Position numbers and translations under genes: made by a program. 64,000 bases of DNA from Octopus sinensis (taxonomy: Eukaryota). This document shows positions 50,159 through 63,443 of the stretch, one piece after another. Position 1 is the stretch's first letter; the number at the start of each line of letters is the position of its first letter. Location: assembly GCF_006345805.1 (NCBI RefSeq), contig NC_042997.1, positions 87,606,001-87,670,000 of the forward strand, given 5' to 3'. The notes beneath the pieces were generated by a model. The model saw only the letters and a list, made by a program, of their open reading frames with translations, did no database searches and was not told where the DNA came from.

Positions 50159-50384
50159 CAGTGGTTCTCAACTGGGGTCCTTATGGCCCTTGCGGGGTTC
50201 ATGTAGAATTTTGTTGTGTAATTAATTGGTTTATACTTCTACAATATAAAAAATTTTTTTTTACAATTTCTAATAATATTCAATTATAAAAATACAAAAA
50301 GATTTTTTTAGATACGTCGAATGGCTATGGAGGTCCAATAGAATAAAATAAGAATCAGAGGGGTCCATAGGACGAGGACCACTG
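50159..50384. mobile_element. hAT (Charlie-like) MITE
   Basis: Ends cagtggttctcaac ... gaggaccactg; AT-rich interior homologous in reverse to 52417-52669. Confidence 0.7.
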
Positions 50385-51459
50385 ATGTAGAGGTAGGTAA
50401 ACCACCAAAAAAGTCAGCACGAGGGAAATAGATCAAATCTGAAACAGTAATACTTTTAAAATGAAGTGATACAAATTTAAGCTATTGTCATTGTTGTTTA
50501 TGTTCCCCTACTGGTTAATTGAGCAGATCTATGTACTGAAAAGAACTGTATGTCTAAGGGCAGGGCTTCTCAAAGAGATAAATACCAGACCCTGCCTAAA
50601 TTATCAAGGTAATCGTTTAGCTCCTCACTCCTTCTTTATGAATCAGAAAACTAATTAACAGTTACATTCATATAATTCTCCCTTATTGTACCTTCTTTTA
50701 CTTTAAGAGTACCTTCTTGAACCTTAAGAGTACACTCTTGTACCCTGTCGTCACCATCATTATTTCCCTTCCAGCTACACTCGCTCACTGTCACATAATG
50801 TAGGCAAGCCATGTATCCTCCATAGTAAAACTTGTTGATTGTCCGTCTGTCATACTTTAGCCTCCCAACACCTGGCATAAAGCCACCTCCTCCCCTTCTC
50901 TTATAAATATACCCCTTTTCAGTTGAAGGATCTTTTACCTTTTCCTTTCTGTATTTTGTTTTTCAAGCAGTAGAAAGGCAGAATGAAGAGACATATCTGT
51001 GGGTAAGGTAGTGGAATGTGTTTGTGGGTAAGTTCATAGCAAATATATTGGACATTTCATATTTGTGGTCTAGGATGTTTAAATCTGCTATACCACCACC
51101 ACTACCATTCCTGGAACATTATGCCATTGTAGATTTCACTTCAGTTTTGTAAAGAGCTAGTAGGGGAACTAAAGATATTTTTTAGTCCTGATGAAGGCCA
51201 GTTTATGTGATGAAGTCTTTACCATGTTGAGGATTGATTGTCACATAAAGGTAAAGATAATAAAATCAATTCCATATAACAGTGACCCAGCAAAAGTCTG
51301 TTATTGGTTTTTAATTAAACTGTCATAGCAAGGTGCCAGAATTCGTGCAAAGTTTTTTAGATAATACTTACGTTTAAGTTGTAAAATAAATTTCTGCAAC
51401 CACAATTATTTTTATGCAGATCAATTGAGTTCTAGTTTCAATGAGAGGGTTAAAATGAA

Positions 51460-51497
<38 letters not shown>

Positions 51498-52416
51498 AAT
51501 GTGTTAAAAGGAATGATATATATATTCAATTTAATCTAGAAGCCAAAATACAATCAATTTACTCACTTTTCATTTTTGTATTCTTCTTTTTCTAAATTTG
51601 TCTTTAGTGAAGATTCAATTATATTAATAGAGAAGTATGTAAAATTAGGGTTTCACTATAATTATTAACTGCCTTTAAGGCTTAGCAAAATGTGTTTGGC
51701 TTATGTATGCTTCCATACAAGTATAGGGATGGATAAAATGAAGCTGAATCTAAGGTTCTGAAATTAACAATCATATTGTAAGTGGAAAAAATCAGTGAAA
51801 TATATCACAGTATTTTTACAGTTTCTCCAAATCACTTTAATTAGATGATGGGGAAAACTTTCAAAGTCCAATTATTTTACTAAATTCTAACTCATTTTTA
51901 TTGCATTTTGTACATTAAGATTATGCAGATGTATTATTCATGGTTATGTTGCTTAGTGACGGCAAGTAATCTCAAAATTTCTTCCCCTATTAGGAAGAAA
52001 ATACTCACTGCTTGTGTAACTCTACTCCTTAGATAATCACCTGGACAATCATCTAGGATAGTGTTTCATAAAGGGAAACAGCCATCAGTCCCCCACCTAA
52101 GAATATTATTGAAAATTTTCTGCCTCTCCCCACTTCATTAATAAGAGTTCATTTATATAATTTTTCTTCTTTGTGGTGTTGGACAAGTTTAAAATTCTAA
52201 AAATTATCTTGATTTTATTAGACTTGACAGTTTTTCTGCTTCTCTTTTTAAACCTCAGGCTGCCATCTCCTGATTTAAGACAATAGAAACGTCACTATTC
52301 TGGTCAGATAGAAATGTCACTGTTCTAGCTATTTAGTTCTCTATTTTATAGTCCAAGAGTGGTGTTAATGTACTGGTCAGTTACAGTGACACTTGTACTG
52401 TTCTGGATGACCGACC

Positions 52417-52669
52417 TAGTGGTTCTCAACCATTTTTTGCTTGTAGACCCCTTTGATTCCTAGTTTACTCCACTGAACCCTAATAAATATTTGATGTTAA
52501 GAAAAGCCCCATTATATTTTTATAATTAAATATTATTAGGAATTGTATAAAAAAAATTGTTAAAATATTTTGTGTTTTGTAGAAGTACCCGTTTATTGCA
52601 CATAAATTTTAACAGCAAAATCTTATGTGGACCCCCAAGGGCCATGTGGACCCTAGTTGAGAAACACTG
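52417..52669. mobile_element. hAT (Charlie-like) MITE, opposite orientation
   Basis: Ends tagtggttctcaac ... gttgagaaacactg. Confidence 0.75.
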
Positions 52670-52984
52670 ATTCCAGGTGACTACTGATTAGTTGCTGTTC
52701 TCTTATCCTGTTCAAGTGTGGTATACTGGCCATCTACTGCTTTACAATCCTGTTCAAGAAAGGTGGTATTATACTGCACTGTCAAAAGTTATGTCTTTTC
52801 AGAAAGGATCAAGGGAAAGAATACTTGTTGATTTAGATTTTAAAGAAGAATCTAGAGTCAGTTTGTGGGGTCATTGTTAATTTCTTTTTAAATACTGAGT
52901 GGACTAATGTAGCTTAATACCTATGAGGCAACATTATCATATCCTGGAGCCAAAATTTGTTGTGGGTCTTCTGTATTTTTGACT

Positions 52985-53732
52985 ATTGCATCGACTGGCC
53001 TCTGTGATGTGGGCACATAACAAACACCATCTGATCGTGGCCGTCCGCCAGCCTCATCTGGCACCTGTGTCGGTGGCACATAAAAACACCAACCGAAGAC
53101 CCGGCAAGACTAGTCAGGCCATAACCCGTGGCCCCTACTTGGGACGTAGTCAGTCCACCTGTGCATACCTTCCTTCTTTCTTGTGACACTTGTGAAGACC
53201 TGTGAAGACCTGTTGAGGCAAGTGAAAATCAAATCAAATCAAATCAAAATAGATGAACATCAATGGAATTTGTATCTTTGTGGTACCAGTGCCGGTGACA
53301 CACAAGAAAATCATCCGAACGTGGCCGTAGCCAGTACCGCATAGACTGGCCTCCGTGCTTTGGGGACGTAACAAACACCATCCGATCGTGGCCGTCCGCC
53401 AGCCTCATCTGGCACCTGTGTCGGTGGCACATAAAAACACCATCCGAGCGTGGCCGTCTGCCAGCCTCGTCTGGCACCTGTGTCGGTGGCACATAAAAAC
53501 ACCATCCGAGCGTGGCCGTTCGCCAGCCTCGTCTGGCACCTGTGTCGGTGGCACATAAAATCACCCACTACACTCTCGGAGTGGTTGGCGTTAGGAAGGG
53601 CATCCAGCTGTAGAAACACTGCCAGATCTGACTGGCCTGGTGCAGCCTTCGGGCTCCCCAGACCCCAGTGGAACCGTCCAACCCATGCTAGCATGGAAAA
53701 CGGACGCTAAATGATGATGATGATGATGATGA
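52985..53732 (+). mobile_element. RTE LINE 3' UTR, young copy with expanded 62-bp repeats and (GAT)n tail
   Basis: ctggcacctgtgtcggtggcacataaaa units at 53409, 53471 and 53533; canonical terminal block and (gat)n; CpGs largely intact. Confidence 0.85.
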
Positions 53733-54521
53733 TTGAATAAATTATTTGTATAATTAATTATTAGTCACAATAAATAAATAAACATTTATCAAATAAGAAG
53801 CTGAAGGCATAAAAACAGTCTGAAGTATAAATACACCACTAATTAGATATTCAAAATAAAAAGCATATTTTATTTAATAATGGTTTTTGGGTTTCTGTTT
53901 TACTATTTCTGATTCCTGTTCATTTTCCAGAATCATTTAAGAATAACTAATAATGGGAATAGTATGATATTAATATTAAGAGTTGTATAATAATAATAAT
54001 AATAATAATAATTTTCTAAAGCATTTAAGAATATTAATAATGAGAACGTGTAAGTGTTGACTTCATGTGATTCTAGTTCCGTATTTATGATTATTTATGA
54101 TTAGTTAGACGTGAAGAGGCTTAACGAATAAAATATTAGATTACAATCTCACCCCCATTCACTCTCACCTACTTGGTAATATTGAATCTGAAACTAATCA
54201 CTAGTTTTATGAACTCTTGTCACTCTAGAAGACATTTATCCATTATCATTTAAAATTATTTAGTTTGAGTAAAGGATTAGAGTTTTAATAACCAAGCTAT
54301 CATTACTATACACTTGCTGTCATATGTTATTATGTTTCTTTCCATTAACATGGTTAGATTTCTTGAAACTTATCCTGTAATAATTGTTATTGTCATTGTT
54401 GTTGTTTAGCTTAAGTCAACACTGATTAAGCAGCACTAAAGTATTCTGGCTGTGATCATTCCATCTAATCTTATTTTAAGTCATAGTGTATGTAGGACTA
54501 CATCTTTTCACACATCTTTAA

Positions 54522-54742
54522 CCCTTTCATTACTCTATTTATTTTGAGATGCTTTGTGCTTTTTTCAATTATTTTAAATATAACAAATAATTTAGTAAAA
54601 TAACTTAGTTATCATTAAGTTAATGTTAGGAACATAAATTGTGACTAAGGTTTGGTGGAAGATTTTAATTGAGAACTTTTGAAAACAAGACATTTGTACT
54701 ACAGGGCCAGAGCCGGTTTCAGCCAGGTTGGTAACAAAAGGG
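54522..54742. mobile_element. piggyBac-type MITE (family 2) with TTAA TSD
   Basis: TTAA at 54518-21 and 54743-46; TIRs ccctttcattac / gtaacaaaaggg. Confidence 0.82.
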
Positions 54743-56484
54743 TTAACATCTATCCCAACTGCCAAAAAATGTGAGGTGAGGCATGGCTGTGTGATAAGAA
54801 TTTTGATTCCCACTCATAGCTCTGGGTTCAAGCCTACTATATGGCACCTTGTGCAAGTGTCTTCTACCATAGCACTGGGCTGACTCAAGCTTTGTGAGCA
54901 GATTTGGTCGACGGAACCTGAAAGAAGCCTATTGTGTGTGTGTGATATAATTTTCTGTGTAAGTTTGATCTGTTAATATATAAATATCTATATATTTATA
55001 CTTAAATATTCATCATCTGAAAATATCAGTCTTTGCTTTCTTTCTGTTTGCATGTATTCATATATATATATTGTATATCAAACCCAAGCTGTTATATTTT
55101 AATTTGTTCATCCACATAATTGCCTCCATATCTGCTCACCTGGATTCCTCTTATAGCCTCTCTATACCCTAGAGTTGGTCTCATAAATACATCGGAGTCT
55201 AAGTTTGAATCATTTGAACACTACGAAGTGTTTTCTATACCGAGAATCTCTGGATCTCATCTGTTGACTATATATATGTATACATGTATATATCTGAGTG
55301 TGCGTGAGTGTGTGTGTGTGTGTGTGTGTGTCTGCCCCCTCCCAGTTGCTTGACTACTAGTGTTGGTTTGTTTATGTCCCTGTAACTTAGTGGTTCAGCG
55401 TAAAAGACCAACAGAACAAGTACCTGTTTTTTTTAAAAAAAAAGCAAGTACCAGGGTGAATTTGTCTGACTAAACCCTTTAAGGCAGTGCCCCAGTATGA
55501 CCACTGTTCAATGACTGAAACAAGTAACAGACAATAACTTAGTTATCATTAACTTAGTTATCATTAAGTTAATGTTAGGAACATAAATTGTGACTAAGGT
55601 TTGGTGGAAGATTTTAATTGAGAACTTTTGAAAACAAGACATTTGTACTACAGGGCCAGAGCCGGTTTCAGCCAGGTTGGTAACAAAAGGGTTAACATCT
55701 ATCCCAACTGCCAAAAAATGTGAGGTGAGGCATGGCTGTGTGATAAGAATTTTGATTCCCACTCATAGCTCTGGGTTCAAGCCTACTATATGGCACCTTG
55801 TGCAAGTGTCTTCTACCATAGCACTGGGCTGACTCAAGCTTTGTGAGCAGATTTGGTCGACGGAACCTGAAAGAAGCCTATTGTGTGTGTGTGATATAAT
55901 TTTCTGTGTAAGTTTGATCTGTTAATATATAAATATCTATATATTTATACTTAAATATTCATCATCTGAAAATATCAGTCTTTGCTTTCTTTCTGTTTGC
56001 ATGTATTCATATATATATATTGTATATCAAACCCAAGCTGTTATATTTTAATTTGTTCATCCACATAATTGCCTCCATATCTGCTCACCTGGATTCCTCT
56101 TATAGCCTCTCTATACCCTAGAGTTGGTCTCATAAATACATCGGAGTCTAAGTTTGAATCATTTGAACACTACGAAGTGTTTTCTATACCGAGAATCTCT
56201 GGATCTCATCTGTTGACTATATAATATGTATACATGTATATATCTGAGTGTGCGTGAGTGTGTGTGTGTGTGTGTGTGTGTCTGCCCCCTCCCAGTTGCT
56301 TGACTACTAGTGTTGGTTTGTTTATGTCCCTGTAACTTAGTGGTTCAGCGTAAAAGACCAACAGAACAAGTACCTGTTTTTTTTAAAAAAAAAGCAAGTA
56401 CCAGGGTGAATTTGTCTGACTAAACCCTTTAAGGCAGTGCCCCAGTATGACCACTGTTCAATGACTGAAACAAGTAACAGACAA
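54599..56484 (+). repeat. Near-perfect ~950-bp tandem duplication
   Basis: 54599-55534 repeats at offset 949-950; the only difference I could see is a 1-bp indel near 55270/56220. A 15-bp micro-duplication marks the junction. Confidence 0.95.
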
Positions 56485-57869
56485 AAGATAGGGGGAAGGA
56501 AATTTGACTGCTATTCTTAGTACGTTCAATGACAATATAAATGTTCCCATGTAGTTGTCCATAGTAAGAAGATCAATATCTAAATTGACAGAGAATGAAA
56601 TTGGACATGTTAGGCTTGTGAAAATCAACTTCAGAAAACAAATAAATAAAATGGAGATCTGATTGGCATCTCTATAATGCTGCATTTGAAAATATTGCCT
56701 GCGGTTAGGTATTGAAAAAAGAAAGTTCTTGAAATTGGAAATACAATCTTTCAAAAATTTTGTTTTTGTAAATTTATGTTTAGATTTTCATTAACACTGA
56801 TCAAATTTGATCATATCTCAGTAGTTTCTGCTGATTAAGTCAGCAGTTGTTTAATTATATGCCTTTTGGTTTATTGGTGATGTAATATACTGTCAAAATT
56901 TTACTAACAGATTTCTGATGGTGTAATTAAGGCTATCAATTTATTAAATTTTAAATATATTTGAAGAAGTGTGATTCTTGCAGAAGTAGTCTGTTTCTGT
57001 CTATGTTTATTTGCAGTTTCTATCTGGTTTGTTTTACTGTAATATTATTCCTTACCCAATAAAAATTAAAAGGGTGTTTTATTTACTACAATGAGCATTG
57101 CTGGTGACTTCATTATAATTTCAATAATACTCACTGTAGAAAGCAAATCCCTTGAATAAGTTTTTCAACTTGCCACCCACATACATTTGATCCTCGTTAT
57201 TGTCATCAAGTTTTAATGTTTGGTTTCCGATGATACCATGTCAACCCTTACCCTTTTTATAAAGTAAAGAATTTTTATTCCACAGATTTTTTTTATATCT
57301 CACTGAACCATGGGAAATATTGCTTATAGGAGACATATATGTCACCATTTTTAGCCAGTGTTATTGCGAAGACATATGGAAGCAACACACATACGCATAC
57401 CCCACCTACACACACACACACACACACATGCATGGTTGGGTGATTAAGAAATGGTTTTAAGTTCAGTCCAACTGCATGTTACCTTGGGTAAGTGTCTTCT
57501 ACTATAGCCTCAGTCTGACCAAAGTCTTGTGAGTGGATTTGGCAGACAGAAAGAAGCATAGATATGTGTGTGTGTGTGTATGAAGTTGTGTGACCTAATG
57601 GTTAGGGTGTTGCAATCGCAATTACAAGATCATGATTTCGATTTCTAGACTGGCGGTGAAATAAGTTCTTGAACAAAACACTTCATTTCATGTTGCACAA
57701 GTCGATTAAGCTGTAAACAGGTAACCCTGCAATAGACTGGCATTCCATTCAGGAAGTATGTTGGCCTACCTAACCAACAGGGTTATATCATTCAAAAGCA
57801 ACAACAATGCATGGAATCACATTGTGACCAGCAGTGTATAACATCTGACAATCTCATTGATAGTGTTCC

Positions 57870-57878
57870 TATCTATCG

Positions 57879-57976
<98 letters not shown>

Positions 57977-57995
57977 CTCTCTATCTATCTATCTA
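57870..57995 (+). repeat. Compound (CTAT)n-(CTGT)n microsatellite
   Basis: Direct runs. Confidence 0.92.
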
Positions 57996-58744
57996 TTCCT
58001 CCCCACTCTAACCCATACCATACCATACTATATCATCATGGAATATGATCACTAAATGATGATTATGATGATGAAGAGGAGGAGAATATTTATATATATA
58101 TGTGTGTACGTGTGTGTGTGTGTTTGTGCTTCTTTGTGTTGATGTCATGTGATTTTTATAAATGAGTGTCACCATTATACAAGCCATGTCATTCATTTTC
58201 AGTCTTCCCTGAAAAGATGTTCAGTCAAGACAAACTGTTACCTTGCAGAAAACAAGTGAGAGTTGGTGATGGGAAGGGAGTTGACCCATGGAAAAGTGGA
58301 TTACGTATAAACATATATATAATAAATACATATAGATATGTATATACGTGTGTGTGTGTGTATATATATATATAAGCTAAAATTAAAGTTTTAATTTAAA
58401 CTTAAAATTTATACTTTATGTGTTGGAGGCTACCTGGTGTCATCCATGGTAATTGCACAATCGTTGCTGGATCTATATTAGGAATTCCTCAGTGCCCGTT
58501 GAGTATAGTAGAAACAATGGATATGGAAGTTAGAGTACACTGGTAACTTTATTTATCACAATGATTGTATTGACACATCCTGCATCACTCCTTTGCAGGT
58601 GAGAAACTATGCAGTGAATTATGGTGCATTCCATGGTGCATTCCATGGTGTGGAAGCATCTCTCCAGGTGACTCAACACAGTTTCTCATTACATAAGTAA
58701 TGTTTCACTCTTAATCTTAACTAGAGCATGTTCGTAGTTTTTTT

Positions 58745-59140
58745 TTTCTGGAAGGGGAAACCGAAGGAGGAGTGCAGAGAAGCTGGTGTTGGCTTTGCAG
58801 TTCAATCTGAAATCCTTAAGAAGTTGGAGGAGCTTCCTGTTCCTATAAATGATCATCTAATGACTCTACATTTGTACCTGAATGGTGGGCAGTTTGCTAC
58901 TTTAATAAGTGCCTATGCACCTACTTTGGCCAGTTGTGATGAAGATAAAACTATTTTCTATGCCCAGCTGAGAGCCATACTTAGGAAAATCCCCAATTCT
59001 GATAAAGTAATTCTACTGGAGGATTTCAATGCCAGGGTTGGAACAGATTGGCAGGCATAGAACTCTCTTGGACATTATGGTATACGGAAGATGAATAGCA
59101 ATGGTTTCATGCCTCTGGAGCTTTGCGAGGAATACTGACT
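58745..59140 (+). mobile_element. RTE (BovB-like) LINE AP-endonuclease fragment
   Basis: FFWKGKP..REAGVGFAV...LMTLHL...TLISAYAPT...FYAQL...DKVILLEDFNARVG...YGIRKMNSNG. Confidence 0.9.
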
Positions 59141-59633
59141 TCACATGGTATGGTATGGTTTTCTGTTCATTTGTGCATTTACTATACATCTTTTAGCTCA
59201 TATATATGTGTGTGTGTCTTTGTGTCTGTGCTCTCCCTCACCAACAACCAGTGTTGGTTTGTTTATACCCTTATAACTTAGTAGTTCAGCAAAAGCAACT
59301 TAAGTTGTGGGCTGATTTGTTTGACTAAAACCCTTCAAGATGGTGCTTCAGTATGGCCACACTTCATATATATAAAAAAAGTATATTTACATATGCATAC
59401 ACACACACACACACACATGATTGTTAAAGAGGACAACAAATGTTAAGGCAAGACAAACATCTCAAGTCATATACTTTATTATTATTGGAAAAATTCAGTC
59501 TTCCAGCTGTTCATGGATATCCGAGAGTATGGGGTATTCCGTCATCGGAGATAAATAGGGAAAATGAGAAGGTTATAAATTAATGAAATGATGACATAGA
59601 AGACAGGTGAAAAGGAATAAGGAGTGTATTTAT

Positions 59634-60006
59634 GCAGGAGTGGTTGTGTGGAAGTAGCTTGCTTACCAACCACATGGTCCTGCGTTCAGTTCCACTGCAT
59701 GGCACCTTGGGCAAGTGTCTTCTACTATAGCCTCGGGCCAACGAAAGCCTTGTGAGTGGATTTGATAGATGGAAACTAAAAGAGCCCATCATATATATGT
59801 GTGTGTGTTTATGCATCTGAGTTTGTCTCCCCGCTATTGCTTGACCACTGATGTTGGTATGTTTATGTCCCAGTAACTTAGCAGTTCGGCAAAAGAGACC
59901 GATAGAATAAGTGCTAGAATAAGTCCTGGGGTTGATTTGTTTGACTAAAGGTGGTGCTCCAGTATGGCCGCAGTCAAATGACTGAAACAAATGAAAGAAT
60001 AAAAGA
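59634..60006 (+). mobile_element. SINE family A, full length
   Basis: Head, short TA/TG core and tail. Confidence 0.88.
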
Positions 60007-60009
60007 ATC

Positions 60010-60300
60010 TAATATATATGTCTGTGTGGAGTGGGGGTGGATGTGTGTTGGTGTGTGGATATCTGTCTATGTATACCTTCGAAATGTGAAGTAGATGAAA
60101 CAGGGACAACTGAAGAAGGGGAATATTCCTTGTGTTGTATGTCTTGTACTCTGTTTTTTTTCTTTGTTGTTTCAAAAAAATTCGTTTCTATGTTTTTGTT
60201 TTTATGTTTTAGTTTCTCATTGTGTTCAACGTTTTTTTGATGTCCTGTACCCATATATACATGTATATATGCATATATATGTAGGTGTGTACATATATGT
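60010..60300 (+). mobile_element. Possible PLE-type terminus with decayed HHR
   Basis: ggacaa-ctgaaga-aggggaatattcctt-gtgttgta-tgtc at ~60104-60145 keeps CTGAAGA, a stem II hairpin and stem I gaca/tgtc but lacks GAAA; followed by (TA)n. Confidence 0.4.
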
Positions 60301-60335
60301 ATATATGCATATATTTATATATTATTTATATTATT

Positions 60336-60394
<59 letters not shown>

Positions 60395-60397
<3 letters not shown>

Positions 60398-60560
60398 AAA
60401 TGGCTAGCTTCTGTACAATTTCTTTTCACCAAATTTCACTCACAAAACATTGGTCAGCCTGAGGCTACAGTAGAAAGCACATTTAGCCAAGGTATCACAT
60501 AGTGGGATGGAACCCAAAACCTCATAGTCTTGATGTGAACTTCCTAACCACACAGTCAGG
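60395..60560 (-). mobile_element. SINE family A head, decayed
   Basis: Reverse-complemented head module. Confidence 0.65.
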
Positions 60561-61806
60561 CTGATTCATGCTGAAACGTATTGTTTCAGAGTTAACAGAA
60601 GGAAGTAGTAGCGAAGCACTGGAGTTGATTTAATATTCCTAAACTGCATCTTTGCTCTAAGTGGAATAATAATCGAAGACTAAAACTAATCTATTTTCTC
60701 TTCCTACCTACTCTGTTACCAGGTAAGTGAAACAAAGTGACAGCACTATTTAAGACCGAGTACAAACTCATGGCTGTTAAGCATCTCTTAGAGGGCAATG
60801 AGATAACTAGGAACTGATAAAAGGAGAGTTATCTAACAAATGCTGTTTATATGTGAAAGGATGAAGACAAACGCAGGTTATTGCTATTAATAATGTTTGT
60901 TAGTGAAGTCTGTGGGAGTTGGAAACAGCATAGTATCAGACTAAATGTTTCTCAATGCATTCCCATCAATCTGTTTTGAGTTCAAATCACACCAGTATCA
61001 GTTTTCATCTTTCATCATCATCATCATCATCATCATTGTCGTTGTCATTTTTAAAGTCCACTTTTCTGTGCTTGCATGGGCTCAATGGAGTTTGAGGCTG
61101 ATTTTCTACTACTGGATACCCTCCTTATCATCAAGCTTTGTTTCCAAGCATGGTAATATTTCCCCATGGCCAGGCATGTTTTTGCAGGATATTGGAAATG
61201 AATGACATGCAGTTGCAACAGTCAGGCAATGTCAAGGCAAGGCGACACAAACTTACATACTAACTTTTACACATGAGGATGATGGTGTGTGTGTGTGTAG
61301 GTGAGGTAAAGGACGAGTTTGTGGGGAGAGAGGGAGAGATGTACAATGACAGATGGAGGTTAGAGTTATGTATCATTGTTTTTCATACACAAGTGTCATA
61401 GAATCTACTTTTCACTCTAAGAGAGAGACCTTTGTTATCAACAGTGGTAATAGAAGTAATGTGTCTGTCTGTCTTTGTTTATGTTTACACCATTCTAAAG
61501 AAAAATGCTGTTTATGTTGTGTCTTTTATGATGTGTAAAAAGTGGTTGATAAATAGAGATCAATAAAACCTGATTGAAGTACATAGGTGACGGTGGAGGT
61601 GGTGGGGTACTGATACACTCAACTAAACATTTGAATGTGGTGCCCCAGCATGGCTGTGGTGCAATGACTAAAAGAAGCTAAATTGCAAAAGACTAAGTAT
61701 TCTATAATGAGAAAAATCCATAAAATGAAATCTCATAGATTGATTGGGAAAAGGCTCAACTAGAGAATAGCTATATGATGAGATATTGAGATATTAAAAG
61801 CAACTA

Positions 61807-62292
61807 CAATAATCCCTCGACTATCGCAGGTGTTATGTTCCAAAGCTTCCCACGATAGGTGAAAATTCACAAAGGAGAAACAATACTGTACTGTACATAT
61901 CTATTATCATTTTTATAATTTGTATATATTTATTTCATTATGAATGCAAAATAATACCACACATTCGCTCACGAGTTTTGTTTTCGATACAGTATGTGCA
62001 ATTCTTTGTTTACTCATCTATGGTACACTATATATTTTCTTTTAATATATTTTAATTAATGTGTTATACAGTGCAGTACTGTATTCTATTTATTAATTTT
62101 TGGGTGTGAAAATGCTTATTTACCACAGAAATAGTTAGAATCTAAAAAAATATAAATGCCTATTGACTGCAGAAACCTACGATATACTGATATATTAGCC
62201 AGAAAAATCCACGATGTACTGAGTGCATGATAAGTGAACCACTATGTACTGAGTGTACAATAGGTGAACCACGATATGGCAAGGGATTACTG
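61807..62292. mobile_element. Tigger/pogo-type MITE with TA TSD
   Basis: TA at 61805-06 and 62293-94; TIR caataatccctcgactatcgc vs reverse complement cagtaatcccttgccatatcgtg; internal ~30-bp tandem duplication near 62210-62270. Confidence 0.85.
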
Positions 62293-62299
62293 TATAACT

Positions 62300-62630
62300 A
62301 GGATGGCTCAGTGGTTAGAGCATCAAGCTTACAATCATGAGGTTGTGAGTTAGAATCCCAGACTGGGCTGCATGTTGTGTTCTTGAGCAAGACACTTTCT
62401 TTCACGTTGCTCCAGTTCACTCAGCTGTAGAAATGAGTTACAACGTCACAGGTGCCAAGTTGTATCGGCCTTTGCCTTTCCCTTGAATAACACTGGTGGT
62501 GTGGAGAGGGGAGACCGGTATGCATGGGCGACTGCTGGTCTTCCATAAACAACTTACCTGGACTTGTGCCTGGGAGAGTAACTTTCTAGGTGCAATCCCA
62601 TGGTCTGTGTCGTGACCGAAGGGGGTTTCA
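62300..62630 (+). mobile_element. SINE family C, full length
   Basis: ggatggctcagtggttagagc head (A box), B-box-like gttagaatccc, central block and 3' tail ...gtgcaatcccatgg...gaccgaaggggg. Confidence 0.88.
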
Positions 62631-63104
62631 AGGAAGGTGTACATGCAGAAAATGTATTTAAAAATTTGAAACTGGTAAAGTAAATTAATGCATTTGTAAT
62701 ATTTCTGTGAAAATATACTGTCTTTGTTTCAATTGATTGTAAAAGTAATCAAGTATTTAGTAAAATAACATTGTCGTTATTAAGCTGTTGGCAGCACTAT
62801 CTTAAGGCATAGGTACACTGGGCAGTTGCCCAGGGTCCCTGTAGATCTATCGAGTCAATTCTGATCTACGTATACTGTGGATTGCTCAGTCTGGGAATTG
62901 AACTCAGTACCTCATGATTGTGAGCCTGACACTGTAATCACTGAGCCATGTACCTTCACCAGGAATGCATATTAACATGAAATTTTGATGATTGGCTTTA
63001 ATTTAGTTCACTTTAAACAAATAAATACTATAGGCTCCAGTGCATTGATTTGCTCAGGGGTCTATAATGTTAGTAAGATGGCCTTATTGTAAAGAATGTA
63101 TAAA

Positions 63105-63443
63105 GGGTAAAGACTCTCTTCAGTCATGAATGACCATAGTTATTGCACCTAGAAAGTTACCCTCCAAGGTACAAGTCTGGGTAAAGTTGTTTATGGAAGA
63201 CCAGTCATTGCCCAAGGATACCAACCTTGCCACTCCATGCCACCGATGTTAACCAAGGGAAAAGCAAATGCTAATACAGCTTGGCACCAATGATGTCACA
63301 ACTCATTTCTACAGCTGAGTGAACTGGAGCAACATGAAATAAAGTGTCTTGCTCAAGAACAAAACATGCAACTTAGTCCGGGAATTGAACTCACTACCTC
63401 ATGATTGTGAGCCCAATGCTCTAACCATTGAGCCATGCAGCTT
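63105..63443 (-). mobile_element. SINE family C, full length
   Basis: Reverse complement of the family C structure. Confidence 0.85.

Noticed and set aside
51188-51220. ctgatgaaggcc as a hammerhead start
   Set aside because: No closing stem II, GAAA or stem I/III complement downstream.
44180-59140. RT (44180) and endonuclease (58745) fragments as one RTE element
   Set aside because: They are 14 kb apart and in the wrong order (RT before EN) on the same strand, so they are separate insertions.
62300-62375. tRNA gene calls at SINE heads (also 3401, 7241, 17277)
   Set aside because: A/B-box-like motifs only; no full cloverleaf or acceptor stem, and each continues into a repeated SINE body.
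62795-63085. Possible MITE with ggccgtctta-like termini
   Set aside because: Termini too diverged and no TSD recognisable.
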